From positions 22,942 through 86,941 of IMG/VR virus record IMGVR_UViG_2915264867_000002: a stretch of 64,000 nt of DNA; one strand, given 5' to 3'. Within the stretch, counting starts at the first letter, position 1; each line of letters begins with the position of its first letter. A program made the position numbers and the translations under genes. Source of the stretch: a virus (lineage: Duplodnaviria > Caudoviricetes). Positions 36,136 to 45,885 of the stretch are shown one piece after another. Below the pieces are notes generated by a model. The model made no database searches and was not told the origin of the DNA. It saw only the letters and a program-made list of their open reading frames with translations.

Positions 36136-36963
36136 ATGGATACTTCCAAACTGATGGCACTGATGGCGGCGAAAAAAGCCGCAATGAAGGTTGCCGAAAA
36201 GACGGTGAAGATCGAACCCGGCAAAAACCGCATACGTCTGCTCCCGGGCTGGCGCGTGGGCGAAGAACACGTCTGGTTCCACGACTTCGGTCAACACTTC
36301 ATCAAGGACGCTTCGGACAAGATCCAGGCTGTGTACATGTGCGCAAGCGCTACCCACGACCGCGACTGCGACGTCTGCAAGGCGCTGACCCAAGCCGGCG
36401 TAGCGGCGGCCGACGACGCAACCAGCGAAGTGCTGGCGAAGGCGAAGGCATCGCGCACCGTCCTGATCAATGCGCTGATGCTCGACAGCAAAGAACCGAA
36501 CACGCCCGTGATTCTGGAAATCAAGCGCGGTGTGTTCGGCCAGTTGGTGGACATCATCGAAGAAAACGGCGCGCTGGTCTTCGCTGAAAACGGCAACGAG
36601 ATCATCATCAACCGCGAAGGCAAAGGTCTGAATACGAGCTACACGGCTCAGATCAGCCTGAAGACCTATACGGTCCCGCCGGCCGCCCTGGCTAAGCTGA
36701 ACAACCTGGATGAATACGTCAAACAGGAATCGGCCGAGCAAGAGCGCCGCGCGATCGCCGCAGTCAACACCGTCGCGGGCATGCTGCCTGCACCTGGCGC
36801 CGGCGGCGACCGTCCGGAAACGACTGCAAGCCGTCTGGCTGCGCCGTCCAAGTCGAATGACCTGAGCGACGTGATGGACCTCGACGAAACTCCACCAGCT
36901 ACCCCGGCTGCGGAAGTTGAAGATGATGCGGACCTGACCGCGTTGCTGGCTGACCTGGGCTAA
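36136..36963 (+). CDS. Single-stranded DNA-binding protein, T4 gp32-like
   Basis: RIRLLP, QH.I, C...DCDVC Zn ligands, acidic tail DDADLTALLADLG. Confidence 0.75.
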   Translation: MDTSKLMALMAAKKAAMKVAEKTVKIEPGKNRIRLLPGWRVGEEHVWFHDFGQHFIKDASDKIQAVYMCASATHDRDCDVCKALTQAGVAAADDATSEVLAKAKASRTVLINALMLDSKEPNTPVILEIKRGVFGQLVDIIEENGALVFAENGNEIIINREGKGLNTSYTAQISLKTYTVPPAALAKLNNLDEYVKQESAEQERRAIAAVNTVAGMLPAPGAGGDRPETTASRLAAPSKSNDLSDVMDLDETPPATPAAEVEDDADLTALLADLG

Positions 36964-36971
36964 GAACCAGC

Positions 36972-37004
36972 AAAAAGGGCCGACACGTAGTCGGCTCTTT
37001 TTTT
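36972..37004 (+). terminator. Rho-independent terminator
   Basis: AAAAAGGGCCGAC-ACGTA-GTCGGCTC-TTTTTTT. Confidence 0.8.
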
Positions 37005-37018
37005 CTGTGGAGAACAAT

Positions 37019-38041
37019 TTGAAAAATCACACCCTCCTGATCGACGGAAACTCGATCGGCTACGCCGCTCAGCAAGCGACCAAATTAATCAGTGGCGGCA
37101 TGGAAACCCAAGCTGCCTTCGGCATGATCCGCGAATTGCGCTCACTGCGTCAGGTTCATCCCGAATACACTCCTTTCGTCCTCTGGGACGGCCGCGCTCA
37201 GTGGCGCTTTGACCTTTACCCTCCGTACAAAGGCAGCCGCAACAGCACGCCGGAGCAAGTTGCGATGAAGGAGTCTTACAAAAGGCAGCGGCCGTACATC
37301 GCGCGCCTCCTGCGACACCTCGGCGTGCGCCAACTGACCGTGACCTCCGCAGAGGCCGACGACATGGGCGGCTACTTTGCAAAGCTGCTCTCCTCCGCGC
37401 CTGGCTCGAAAGTGGGCCTTATCACCGGCGACGAAGACTGGATGCAGCTGGTGCGCGCGGCAACGGCCACCAGCGGCGAAGTGTGGTGGAAAGATCCGCG
37501 CTCGGACGGCAAATTCACCAACCACAAAAACTTCTACGACAAGACCGGCTGCCGTACGCCCTTTGCGTTCTTGGAAACCAAGATTCTGATGGGCGACGGC
37601 TCCGACGAGATCACTGGCGTCGGAGGTATCGGTGAGAAGGGGGCGCCAGAATTCATCGCTGAATTCGGTAGCGTGCGCGAGTTTTGGCGACGCTGTGACG
37701 CGGGTGAGTTCGTTCCCCGTCTCAAGGCGCACAAGCGACTCTACGAGGGCATCTGCCCGCTGGATATCGATCAGTGGATGACGAACTACCCTGGCGATCC
37801 GGCGGACGCCAAAGCGCTGAAAAAGTACAAAGATTCTTGGCCTGGCCAAGGTCGCTTGATATACAAGCGCAACTTCCAGCTGATGCAGCTGCTGAAAGTT
37901 CCGGCGCCGGCCAAAGCCGATGTCCAGCTCGATGCCGGCAAGTTCGACAAGGAAGCATTCGCAGAGGTGTGCCAAGAACTGGCCTTCGCCAGCATCTTGA
38001 AGAACCTAGACGAATTCACCAATACATTTTTGCAGAAATAA
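37019..38041 (+). CDS. 5'-3' exonuclease/flap endonuclease (T4 RNase H-like)
   Basis: LIDGNS, WDG..R..LYP.YK..R, EADD, TGDED, LMGDGSD.I.GVGGIGEK; TTG 37019 has SD (alternative GTG 37007). Confidence 0.88.
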   Translation: MKNHTLLIDGNSIGYAAQQATKLISGGMETQAAFGMIRELRSLRQVHPEYTPFVLWDGRAQWRFDLYPPYKGSRNSTPEQVAMKESYKRQRPYIARLLRHLGVRQLTVTSAEADDMGGYFAKLLSSAPGSKVGLITGDEDWMQLVRAATATSGEVWWKDPRSDGKFTNHKNFYDKTGCRTPFAFLETKILMGDGSDEITGVGGIGEKGAPEFIAEFGSVREFWRRCDAGEFVPRLKAHKRLYEGICPLDIDQWMTNYPGDPADAKALKKYKDSWPGQGRLIYKRNFQLMQLLKVPAPAKADVQLDAGKFDKEAFAEVCQELAFASILKNLDEFTNTFLQK

Positions 38042-38051
38042 GGAAACACAG

Positions 38052-39122
38052 ATGGCTACCTCTCCAAAGAACTCTGGCACCGCCGAAGACCTGATGAAGC
38101 TGCTCGATGCAGCGATCGGTGAGAATGACGGCAATTCCCGCGTCACCCAGTTCATCGATACCGGCTTTGCGCCGCTCAACGAAGCGCTGTCGGGCCGTCC
38201 TGATGGAGGTCTTCCGTTCGGCCGCATGGTTGAAATGTTTGGCGAGTCGTCCTCGGGCAAAACCGCCCTGGCCACCGAATGGATGGTGCAAGCGCAAAAG
38301 ATGGGCGGCGTGGCCGGCTTCATCGACTGGGAACGCTCGTTCGACGTCGGCCTGGCCGAGGGCTTCGGCTTGAACAGCGCGCGCCCGTACTGGCTCTACA
38401 ACAAGGCGGAGACGTGGGAAAGTGGCAACGCTTGGGCTGGCAAGGCCTGCCGTGCAATCCGCGCATCGAAAGCTATCCCTGACTCGGCACCGATTTTGTT
38501 TGTGTTTGATTCGATCGCGTCGGCTATTCCGATGTCGATGCTGTACGACGCCAAGGGCGTGCGCCGCGAGATCGACACCTTCACCATGAACGACACGTCG
38601 GCGCTGTCTCGTGTGACGTCCACTACGCTCAAGGTGATGGCGCAGTACTGCGAGGAATATAACGCCACCTTCCTGTACCTGAACCAGATTCGCCTCAAGA
38701 TCGGCGTCGTGTTCGGCGACCCGCGCACCACCCCGGGCGGCAAGGCGATGGAATACTACGCCACCAACCGCATTTCGCTCGGTCGCGAAAAGATCATGTT
38801 GCAGTCCAAGGGCGGCAAGGAATTCGTGGGCCAGAACATCAAGATCGAAGTCACCAAGTCCAAGCTGACCAAGCCATTCAAGAAGACGGAGCTGCGCATG
38901 TCCTTCGACGAAGACGGCGTGGCGCGCTTCGACCGCGACTATTCGCTGGTGGAGCTGATGCTGGAGCAAAAGCTGCTGGACTCACCATCGAACGGCTACG
39001 TTACGTGGGATGGCAAGCGTTTGTCCAAGCGCAGCATGGCTGATCTGATCGGCGCCGAAACTGGTCTGCGCGAGAAACTGGTCGCGATGATGTTCCCCGA
39101 AAACGACGACGCTACCGCCTAA
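38052..39122 (+). CDS. recA: RecA/UvsX-like recombinase
   Basis: EMFGESSSGKT, VFDSIA, YLNQIR.KIGV.FGDP.TTPGGKA. Confidence 0.92.
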   Translation: MATSPKNSGTAEDLMKLLDAAIGENDGNSRVTQFIDTGFAPLNEALSGRPDGGLPFGRMVEMFGESSSGKTALATEWMVQAQKMGGVAGFIDWERSFDVGLAEGFGLNSARPYWLYNKAETWESGNAWAGKACRAIRASKAIPDSAPILFVFDSIASAIPMSMLYDAKGVRREIDTFTMNDTSALSRVTSTTLKVMAQYCEEYNATFLYLNQIRLKIGVVFGDPRTTPGGKAMEYYATNRISLGREKIMLQSKGGKEFVGQNIKIEVTKSKLTKPFKKTELRMSFDEDGVARFDRDYSLVELMLEQKLLDSPSNGYVTWDGKRLSKRSMADLIGAETGLREKLVAMMFPENDDATA

Positions 39123-39192
39123 GAATCAGCTGGAGTCATAACTATAATGCAACCGCGCGGCAACATCGTCGCGGTTGTTTATAGGAGTTCGC

Positions 39193-39543
39193 ATGCACGT
39201 ACAAGTTATCGGTTTCATCCCGCCGCACGTTGGCCTGGAAGGCGAATTCAACACAGTCCGTCTGGGCGGCAAGATGGCGAAAGTTTTGACACCGGGTCAG
39301 GAAGTGTTCCTGATGGACGAGAAAGAAAAGGCCGTATTTGGGCGCGCTGCGGTGATCAGCGTTGAAATGGGCAAGCTGGAAGAGCTTTGCGAGGTCCACG
39401 CACACAAGAATCACACCGAGCTGGCAAACGATCCGGCTGGCGCCCCGCAGCGTCTGATGACCTTCATCCAGAAAATCTTTGGCCCGCACATCGCCCCACC
39501 ACACAAGCGTACTTGTGTGGTGTATTTGAGGAGGATTGAGTGA
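39193..39543 (+). CDS. Hypothetical protein
   Basis: TATAAT 39143, SD AGGAG, ATG 39193. Confidence 0.6.
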   Translation: MHVQVIGFIPPHVGLEGEFNTVRLGGKMAKVLTPGQEVFLMDEKEKAVFGRAAVISVEMGKLEELCEVHAHKNHTELANDPAGAPQRLMTFIQKIFGPHIAPPHKRTCVVYLRRIE

Positions 39544-39869
39544 GTGATATCGGATTAGAAAACACCCTCCCTTGGGGAAAGTACAAGGGACAAAAAGTCG
39601 CAGAAATATTCAAGAAGGACGCGGCCTACCTCTGCTGGCTTCGTGAGCAGCGGAAGAAAGAAAGCAGCGACACGAAATTCTTCGCCCGGGAAGTTCACCT
39701 CCTGTTGGACGCGGCAATCGACAGCGAAAAATCGCTTCGATTCCACTACACGTCCTGGGGTACCAATCTCGTCGCTGAGCACGAGGTAGCTCAAGACATG
39801 GCAAGGCAGCGGGCCGAACGGGCGGCAATTGACGCGGCCTGTTACGACGAATCCTGGGGGATGTTTTGA
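39540..39869 (+). CDS. Protein with exonuclease X C-terminal-like (PWGKYKG) motif
   Basis: LPWGKYKGQKVAEI...AYLCWL. Confidence 0.6.
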   Translation: MSDIGLENTLPWGKYKGQKVAEIFKKDAAYLCWLREQRKKESSDTKFFAREVHLLLDAAIDSEKSLRFHYTSWGTNLVAEHEVAQDMARQRAERAAIDAACYDESWGMF

Positions 39870-40231
39870 GCGTCCGTACCGAAAACCGTCTGATGGGCAA
39901 GCTGACTGGCGTGTTCTACGAGACGGCCGGCGGCAGCAAGCTGTACCTGGCGCTGCGCAGCAAGCGCGAGATCATGCGTGCCAAGTACGCCTGGTGCATC
40001 GAAGCATCGGCCCTGCAGAAGTGCCGCGACGCCGGCATTACAGCGGTCGGGGTTCTTTGGAAGGACGGCAGCAAGCGAATGGTCCACCTGACGCATATCG
40101 ACGACTGGGAAGGGCCAAACAGTTTCCCCCTATTCACCCACTGCAAGCAGCGATGCCTTCCCATGAAGGCGTTTCGAGTTGATCCAATGCGATCCGAAGC
40201 GGTCATCGCAAAAGCAATCAAACTGCGCTGA
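39866..40231 (+). CDS. Hypothetical protein
   Basis: Coupled ORF. Confidence 0.55.
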   Translation: MSVRTENRLMGKLTGVFYETAGGSKLYLALRSKREIMRAKYAWCIEASALQKCRDAGITAVGVLWKDGSKRMVHLTHIDDWEGPNSFPLFTHCKQRCLPMKAFRVDPMRSEAVIAKAIKLR

Positions 40232-40245
40232 TCCGCGGTCAATTG

Positions 40246-40263
40246 TAAGTAAGTCCTGACTTA
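40246..40263. promoter_or_regulatory. 18-bp box TAAGTAAGTCCTGACTTA; TATAAT at 40270
   Basis: Read directly. Confidence 0.85.
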
Positions 40264-40306
40264 CTAGACTATAATGACCATTGATACAGAGATTTTGAGG
40301 TACCGC

Positions 40307-40684
40307 ATGGGCATTTCAGCAGCATTGATGTGCCTCGCGCTCAACATTTATAACGAGGCGCGAGGTGAGGTTTTAGGAGGTCAGCAAGCAGTTGCGCTAG
40401 TCACGATGAACCGAGCGGGATGGGAACCCAAACGGGTTTGCGAGGAGGTACATAGGCCGGGGCAATTCAGCTGGACAACCGGGAAGCAAGGGCCGCCGAA
40501 GGAAAAAGAGGCCTGGGATTTAGCGCTGGAAGTGGCGCGCGACGTAATGAACCGCCGGGTACCAGACTTCACCGACGGAGCGACCTTCTTCCACGCCAAG
40601 CGTGTGCGCCCGAAGTGGCGCCACACTGAGCAATACGTGATGACTCTAGGTAGTCATCTTTTTTATAAATCCAGTAATAAGTAA
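40307..40684 (+). CDS. SleB-like cell wall hydrolase (Hydrolase_2)
   Basis: CLALNIYNEARGE...AVA.V.MNR...GQFSW...GATFFH. Confidence 0.85.
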   Translation: MGISAALMCLALNIYNEARGEVLGGQQAVALVTMNRAGWEPKRVCEEVHRPGQFSWTTGKQGPPKEKEAWDLALEVARDVMNRRVPDFTDGATFFHAKRVRPKWRHTEQYVMTLGSHLFYKSSNK

Positions 40685-40695
40685 GTACTGACATA
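40678..40695. promoter_or_regulatory. 18-bp box TAAGTAAGTACTGACATA
   Basis: Read directly; overlaps the SleB-like stop codon and abuts the sbcD SD. Confidence 0.8.
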
Positions 40696-40708
40696 GGAGC
40701 AACACCCA

Positions 40709-41764
40709 ATGAAGCCATTTGGCGTTATCAGTGACACTCACCATCACGGCTGGTCCGCGTTTGCGACGACCACGCCGGATGGCATCAACAGCCGCCTGGC
40801 CGAAACATTAAGCGAGACGCGCCGCTGTGCCGACGCGGTGCTCAAGGCGGGTGGCAACACCATCTACCACGGCGGCGACCTGTTCCACGTACGCGGCTCG
40901 ATTGCGCCGTCGGTGCTCAACCCGACCATGGACTGCTACAAGGAACTGATCGCCAAGGGCATTCGCTTCGTCATCAACGCCGGCAACCACGACCTGGAAG
41001 GCAAGGAAGCGGCCCGCGTGAGCAGTGCCATCACCTCGCTGGAGGGCATCGGCTGCCACGTCGTCAATGCGCCGAACTATCACGCTTTCGACGACATGGT
41101 GATCATTCCCTGGATTCCCAAGTTGGCTGACCTCAAGGTTGCCATCGAGCACGTTGCCCCCGCAGACCGTCCTGGCTGCGACCTGTTGCTGCACGCGCCG
41201 ATCGACGGCGTCATCCCAGGCCTGCCTGATCACGGTCTGGACTGGGGCTACTTGAACAGCCTGGGCTACCGCCGCGTCTTCGCTGGCCACTACCACCATC
41301 ACAAGAACGTAGGCGGCAACGTGTGGTCGATCGGCAGCCTCACCGCGCAGACCTGGAGCGACATCGGCGCGAAGGCGGGCTTCCTCCTGGTCGACGACAC
41401 CGATGTGAAGTGGATGGCAAGCCACGCGCCCTCCTTCGTCGAGATCGACGGCGGCACCGACGCAAGCGAAATTCCCCTTATCGTCGATGGCAACTATGTG
41501 CGCGTCAAGATGGACACGTCGAAAGAGTCGGACGTGACGATGATGCGTGACTATCTGACCAGCGTCGGCGCGCACGGCGTCACCATTCTCCCGGTAAAGA
41601 AAATCGCGTCGGCAACCGCGCGCGCCGGCGGCACCCTGCTCAAGGCTGGGGCCACGCTGGAGCAGTCGATCGGCGACTTCATCAAGACCAAGGGCTTCAG
41701 GCTCGAGGCGGCTGTGGCTGCTGAATGCGCTGACGTGCTGGCGGCCGTGCGGAGCGTCGCATGA
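40709..41764 (+). CDS. sbcD: SbcD/Mre11-like metallophosphoesterase nuclease
   Basis: SDTH, GDLFH, GNHD, GHYH. Confidence 0.88.
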   Translation: MKPFGVISDTHHHGWSAFATTTPDGINSRLAETLSETRRCADAVLKAGGNTIYHGGDLFHVRGSIAPSVLNPTMDCYKELIAKGIRFVINAGNHDLEGKEAARVSSAITSLEGIGCHVVNAPNYHAFDDMVIIPWIPKLADLKVAIEHVAPADRPGCDLLLHAPIDGVIPGLPDHGLDWGYLNSLGYRRVFAGHYHHHKNVGGNVWSIGSLTAQTWSDIGAKAGFLLVDDTDVKWMASHAPSFVEIDGGTDASEIPLIVDGNYVRVKMDTSKESDVTMMRDYLTSVGAHGVTILPVKKIASATARAGGTLLKAGATLEQSIGDFIKTKGFRLEAAVAAECADVLAAVRSVA

Positions 41765-42030
41765 GCTGGGCACTTCTCGCCGTCTCGGCCGTACCGCAGT
41801 CAGGTAACGCCGTCTTGGCCGCCAGCGACGACTTGCTCAAGGAGATCGCGGACGACGACCACTTGGAGTACCTGACATTTTTCCCCGAAACCCCAGGTGT
41901 CTACCTCTGGCGCGGCGTCGTTACGGCAACTGCCGACGAGTTCACCTGCGTGGGCCAAGCCCGCCTCGTCCATACGGCCGGCTCCGAACTGACCCACATT
42001 CTCAATAAAAATGGAGCTTCAACGCTGTGA
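41761..42030 (+). CDS. Hypothetical protein
   Basis: Coupled between sbcD and sbcC. Confidence 0.55.
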   Translation: MSWALLAVSAVPQSGNAVLAASDDLLKEIADDDHLEYLTFFPETPGVYLWRGVVTATADEFTCVGQARLVHTAGSELTHILNKNGASTL

Positions 42031-43979
42031 AAATCCCATCACTCCAAATCGAAAACTTCCTCACGATCGGCTCAGCCAGCTTGGAACTGGACGATCGCGG
42101 CCTGCTGCTGATCCAGGGCATCAACTCGGCCGATAGCTCGGCTACCTCCAACGGCGCCGGCAAGTCCTCCGCTGTCGACGGTCTGTGCTGGTGCCTTTAC
42201 GGCGAAACCGCGCGCGGCGTCTCGGGCGATGAAGTGGTCAACCGCACGGCCAAAAAAGACACGAGCGTGGTCACGGTGCTTGAAGATGGCGAAGTGCAGT
42301 ACCGCATTGAGCGCTACCGCAAGCACACCAAGCAGAAGAACCAGCTGCTGGTGTGGCAAATTCTCAGCCCCGGCACCCCGCCGGTAGCCCTGCACAAGGG
42401 AACCGATCGCGAGACCCAGGAAGTGGTCAACAAGATCGTCGGCTGCGGCCTAGACGTGTTCCGGGGCGCGATCTACGCCGGCCAAGAAATGATGCCCGAT
42501 CTGCCGGGCATGACCGACAAGCAGCTCAAATTGCTGATCGAGGAGGCGGCCGGCGTTGAAGAGCTGGGCGAAGCCTACAAGGAAGCCGGCAAACGGGCGC
42601 TGGTGATCGAAAAGAGCCTCGTGGCTGCGCAGACCCACGTCGCATCCCTCGGCAGCCGCCTGGGCGCTCTAGAGGGCGAACTGACTAATGCCGAAACCGA
42701 GCATGGTTCGTTTGAAACCGGTCGCCGGGGCCGCGCGCTGGCTGTGCTGGCTGGCATGTCGCCGATCGAAACGGCTATCGTCACGAAGACGGCCGAGCTG
42801 ACCGCGCTGGACGAGCCAACACTGACCACGGAAAAGGCCGAAGTAGAGGCCCGCTTGGCCGCCGTGAGCGGTCAGCAGGAAGAACTGCGCAGCCTCTCCG
42901 CCCTGGAGCGCGCCGCCGGCGACAAGGTTACGCGTTTCCGCTCCACCGTCGAGCAGCTGAAAACCGCGAAGGCAAAGGCCGAGGAAAACCTGGCCACCGT
43001 CAATTCCCGCGTCGGTACCGCCTGCGGCGAGTGCAGCAAGACCTATTGTGAGCACGACCTGGAGAAGGTTAAGGAGTTGCGCGTCAACGGCGTGGCGCTG
43101 GCCAAGAAGAATCTGATCGAAGCGGTCACAAGCTGCCGCACCGCGATTGAATGCCACGCGGCCACCGTCAAAGCCGTGAGCGACTTCCAGGCGACGATGA
43201 CCGACACGACGGCCGACGCCGCCAGGCTGAGCGTGCTGACTGGCCAGATCGCAGCCGCGACCCGCTTGACTGCGCAAATTGCGGCCCACCACAAAGAAAT
43301 TGATGGCATCAAGGCTGGCGCCCGCGCCAAGTTGGCCGAAGCGAACCCTTGGACCAAAGCGGTTGAGTCGAAAAAAGACGACATCAAGCGCTGCAAGACC
43401 GATATTGCCACCGCATCGACCGGCGTGGCCGAGCTGGAAGACAAGCTGGCCCTGGCCAATGACGTGGTAACTGTGTTCGGCCCTGCCGGCGTGCGCGCCC
43501 ATATTCTGGACACCGTCACTCCGTTCCTGAACGAGAAGACTGGCGAATACCTTGGCGCCCTGTCCGACGGCAATATCGTTGCCACCTGGTCCACGCTGTC
43601 CAAAACCGCCAAGGGCGAACTGCGCGAGAAGTTCAACATCGCAGTGACCAACGACACCGGCGCCGACTCGTTCAAAGGCCTGTCGGGCGGCGAGAAGCGC
43701 AAGGTGCGCCTGGCCACCAACATGGCGCTGCAGGACATGGTCGCTACGCGCGCTGAGAAGCCTCTGGGCCTGTGGATCGGCGACGAGATTGACGACGCGC
43801 TGGACGAGGCCGGCCTGGAGCGTCTGATGACCATCCTCGACACCAAAGCGAAGTCGCACGGCACCGTGGTGGTGATCAGCCACAACTCGCTGGCCGACTG
43901 GATCGATAACGTCATCACGGTGGAGAAAACTGGTGGTGTCTCCACTATTACCGGCGCCAATACACGCGCCACGTCCTAA
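42027..43979 (+). CDS. sbcC: SbcC/Rad50-like ATPase
   Basis: NGAGKS, coiled coil with CGEC hook, LSGGE, DEIDD, ISH. Confidence 0.9.
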   Translation: MKIPSLQIENFLTIGSASLELDDRGLLLIQGINSADSSATSNGAGKSSAVDGLCWCLYGETARGVSGDEVVNRTAKKDTSVVTVLEDGEVQYRIERYRKHTKQKNQLLVWQILSPGTPPVALHKGTDRETQEVVNKIVGCGLDVFRGAIYAGQEMMPDLPGMTDKQLKLLIEEAAGVEELGEAYKEAGKRALVIEKSLVAAQTHVASLGSRLGALEGELTNAETEHGSFETGRRGRALAVLAGMSPIETAIVTKTAELTALDEPTLTTEKAEVEARLAAVSGQQEELRSLSALERAAGDKVTRFRSTVEQLKTAKAKAEENLATVNSRVGTACGECSKTYCEHDLEKVKELRVNGVALAKKNLIEAVTSCRTAIECHAATVKAVSDFQATMTDTTADAARLSVLTGQIAAATRLTAQIAAHHKEIDGIKAGARAKLAEANPWTKAVESKKDDIKRCKTDIATASTGVAELEDKLALANDVVTVFGPAGVRAHILDTVTPFLNEKTGEYLGALSDGNIVATWSTLSKTAKGELREKFNIAVTNDTGADSFKGLSGGEKRKVRLATNMALQDMVATRAEKPLGLWIGDEIDDALDEAGLERLMTILDTKAKSHGTVVVISHNSLADWIDNVITVEKTGGVSTITGANTRATS

Positions 43980-44613
43980 GCGGGACGTAATCACGACCCA
44001 GCCGCGCAGGGCTGGCAAGTCTATCGTCGCAAAGATGATTCGCGAGAATTTCGGCGCGACGATGACAGGCCGCCCCCTGCGAGGTACCGAAATTACCCAA
44101 ATCCTGGTCGATGAATATTTCGATTCAGAAATTACGAAAGGCAGTGAACAAATGGCAAAAGCAGCGCAGTCGGTCAGCGAGGAAACGATCCGACGAACGA
44201 AGGAGCTGGCAGAAGCAATGTCGGCATATTTCTCGATGGATGAAAAGGTCAAGACGGACCTCCTCTCGCCAGCGACACTGACGGCGAAGGTGCCGGGCAA
44301 AGGCTATCGCAAGGTATCGCATGTTGGCGGCGAAACCTTCATTTTCGACGGCGTCTACGTCGGCGCAACCAACCGCCTGATCTTTGTCTTGGTGCCCGAG
44401 TCGGGAAGCGAAGCCTCGGGCTACACCCAGGTGGAACTGACGGAGCAGGAAGGCCAGAACCTCCTCGACAATTTCCGCTCCCACTGTACGGCGGCCGCCG
44501 GCCGCAACTTCCGCGAGGCTATGCATGAGATCCATGCTGTCGAGCGCCAAGCGGCCAAGGTGGAGGAAGTGGCAGAAAAAGCAACCGACTATGAGCAATA
44601 CGGCTCCTGGTAA
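43933..44613 (+). CDS. Hypothetical protein (start 43933 or 44152)
   Basis: GGAG SD 7 nt before GTG 43933; N-part has PRRAGKS and ILVDE motifs. Confidence 0.5.
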   Translation: MVSPLLPAPIHAPRPKRDVITTQPRRAGKSIVAKMIRENFGATMTGRPLRGTEITQILVDEYFDSEITKGSEQMAKAAQSVSEETIRRTKELAEAMSAYFSMDEKVKTDLLSPATLTAKVPGKGYRKVSHVGGETFIFDGVYVGATNRLIFVLVPESGSEASGYTQVELTEQEGQNLLDNFRSHCTAAAGRNFREAMHEIHAVERQAAKVEEVAEKATDYEQYGSW

Positions 44614-44631
44614 CGACGACTGGAAATAACG

Positions 44632-45237
44632 ATGAAAATGAAAATCTGCGGCATGGACCCTTCCCTGCAAAACTTCGGGATCGCCTTCGCGACGCTCGAC
44701 CTCGACACCTTGACGTTCGTGGTGGACCGCTTTGAACTCGCGAAGACCGCGCCCGAGAAAGACAAGAAAGTGCGCAAGGTGGTTCGCAAAAACAGCGAAG
44801 ATCTGGAGCGCGCCAAAATACTGCACGGCGCGGCAATGGGCGCAGTCAAAGGCATCTGGCTGGCGTTCGTTGAGGTACCAGTCGGCAGCCAGTCGTCGCG
44901 CGCGATGGCCTCCTACGGCGTCTGCATTGGCGTACTGGCGGCAGTCGGGCAGGCGGTGCCCATGGTTCAAGTCACCCCGACCGAAGTGAAGCTGGCCGGC
45001 GCCGGCGTTAAGACCGCCACTAAGGAAGAAATGATCGAAGCAATGATGGCGAAGTATCCAAACGCGCCGTGGCCAATGCAGAAGAAGGCGGGCGTGATGG
45101 TCCCTATCGCCAGCGTCTGCGAACACTTGGCCGATGCCGTCGCTGCAATCGAAGCCGGGATGGCCACGGACGAGTTTCGTCAAACTATTGCTATGTACCG
45201 CAGCTCCCCAATGTTTAAGCTTGCAGCGGCAGCATAA
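44632..45237 (+). CDS. ruvC-like: RuvC-like Holliday junction resolvase
   Basis: CGMDPSL, VEVP, EVK, HLADAVAA. Confidence 0.75.
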   Translation: MKMKICGMDPSLQNFGIAFATLDLDTLTFVVDRFELAKTAPEKDKKVRKVVRKNSEDLERAKILHGAAMGAVKGIWLAFVEVPVGSQSSRAMASYGVCIGVLAAVGQAVPMVQVTPTEVKLAGAGVKTATKEEMIEAMMAKYPNAPWPMQKKAGVMVPIASVCEHLADAVAAIEAGMATDEFRQTIAMYRSSPMFKLAAAA

Positions 45238-45259
45238 GTTCTACCTTTGCCTGAAAAGA

Positions 45260-45277
45260 TAAGTCAGTACTGAGCTA
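45260..45277. promoter_or_regulatory. 18-bp box TAAGTCAGTACTGAGCTA in TTGCCT-N23-TATTAT; extra half-site near 45288-45300
   Basis: Read directly. Confidence 0.85.
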
Positions 45278-45311
45278 TTATTCATTTGCACTGACTTATC
45301 TGGAACAGCAA

Positions 45312-45800
45312 ATGGCAATCACGAAGAATCACTTGTGGCACGACTGGCTAAAGGACTTTGGGGATGAAAAGCTCACACGGTCCAAGTTTGAAGACCAGTT
45401 CATGGGCACCTTCAAAACTGAGCCGGCCGGGCTGTTGGCGTCAATGGGGCCGGTTCACGTCATGATCCCAGTCAACCCTTTCGAAGTCCGCGATCCCGCG
45501 TATGTTCAGCATCAACAGCACGCGCAAGCCGAGAAGATACGCCGCGAGTTAGAGAAAAAGACCCCGCAATGCATTAACTGCGAAATGGTCACGTTCAAAA
45601 CAGAACGACACTACGAGCACTCAGCGATGCGCGAAAGCGAAGTCATGACAGCCAGTTGCAAACTCAGTCGCTGCAACCAGTCAAAGATCGTCAAAGGTGA
45701 CGTCGTTCACCCTTATGACCTCATATTGGACGAAACGCTGCCCTACCTCCCTGAAGTCTCAGCCGACATCCCGGAGTCCGCTTCGGGCGACGCCTGGTAA
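45312..45800 (+). CDS. Hypothetical protein with CxxC...CxxxxC
   Basis: ORF track. Confidence 0.6.
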   Translation: MAITKNHLWHDWLKDFGDEKLTRSKFEDQFMGTFKTEPAGLLASMGPVHVMIPVNPFEVRDPAYVQHQQHAQAEKIRRELEKKTPQCINCEMVTFKTERHYEHSAMRESEVMTASCKLSRCNQSKIVKGDVVHPYDLILDETLPYLPEVSADIPESASGDAW

Positions 45801-45820
45801 TTTTTTCACGCTTTAAAATG

Positions 45821-45838
45821 TAAGTCAGTGCTGACTTA
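45821..45838. promoter_or_regulatory. 18-bp box TAAGTCAGTGCTGACTTA; TATAAT at 45841
   Basis: Read directly. Confidence 0.85.
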
Positions 45839-45885
45839 TATATAATTCACATTCCAGTTTTACTTTCACCTCAAAGGACGAAGCA

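Noticed and set aside
32825-44300. Long minus-strand ORFs (32825-34144, 35491-37017, 42669-44300 and similar)
   Set aside because: Antisense shadows of GC-rich plus-strand genes, with no motifs or SD support.
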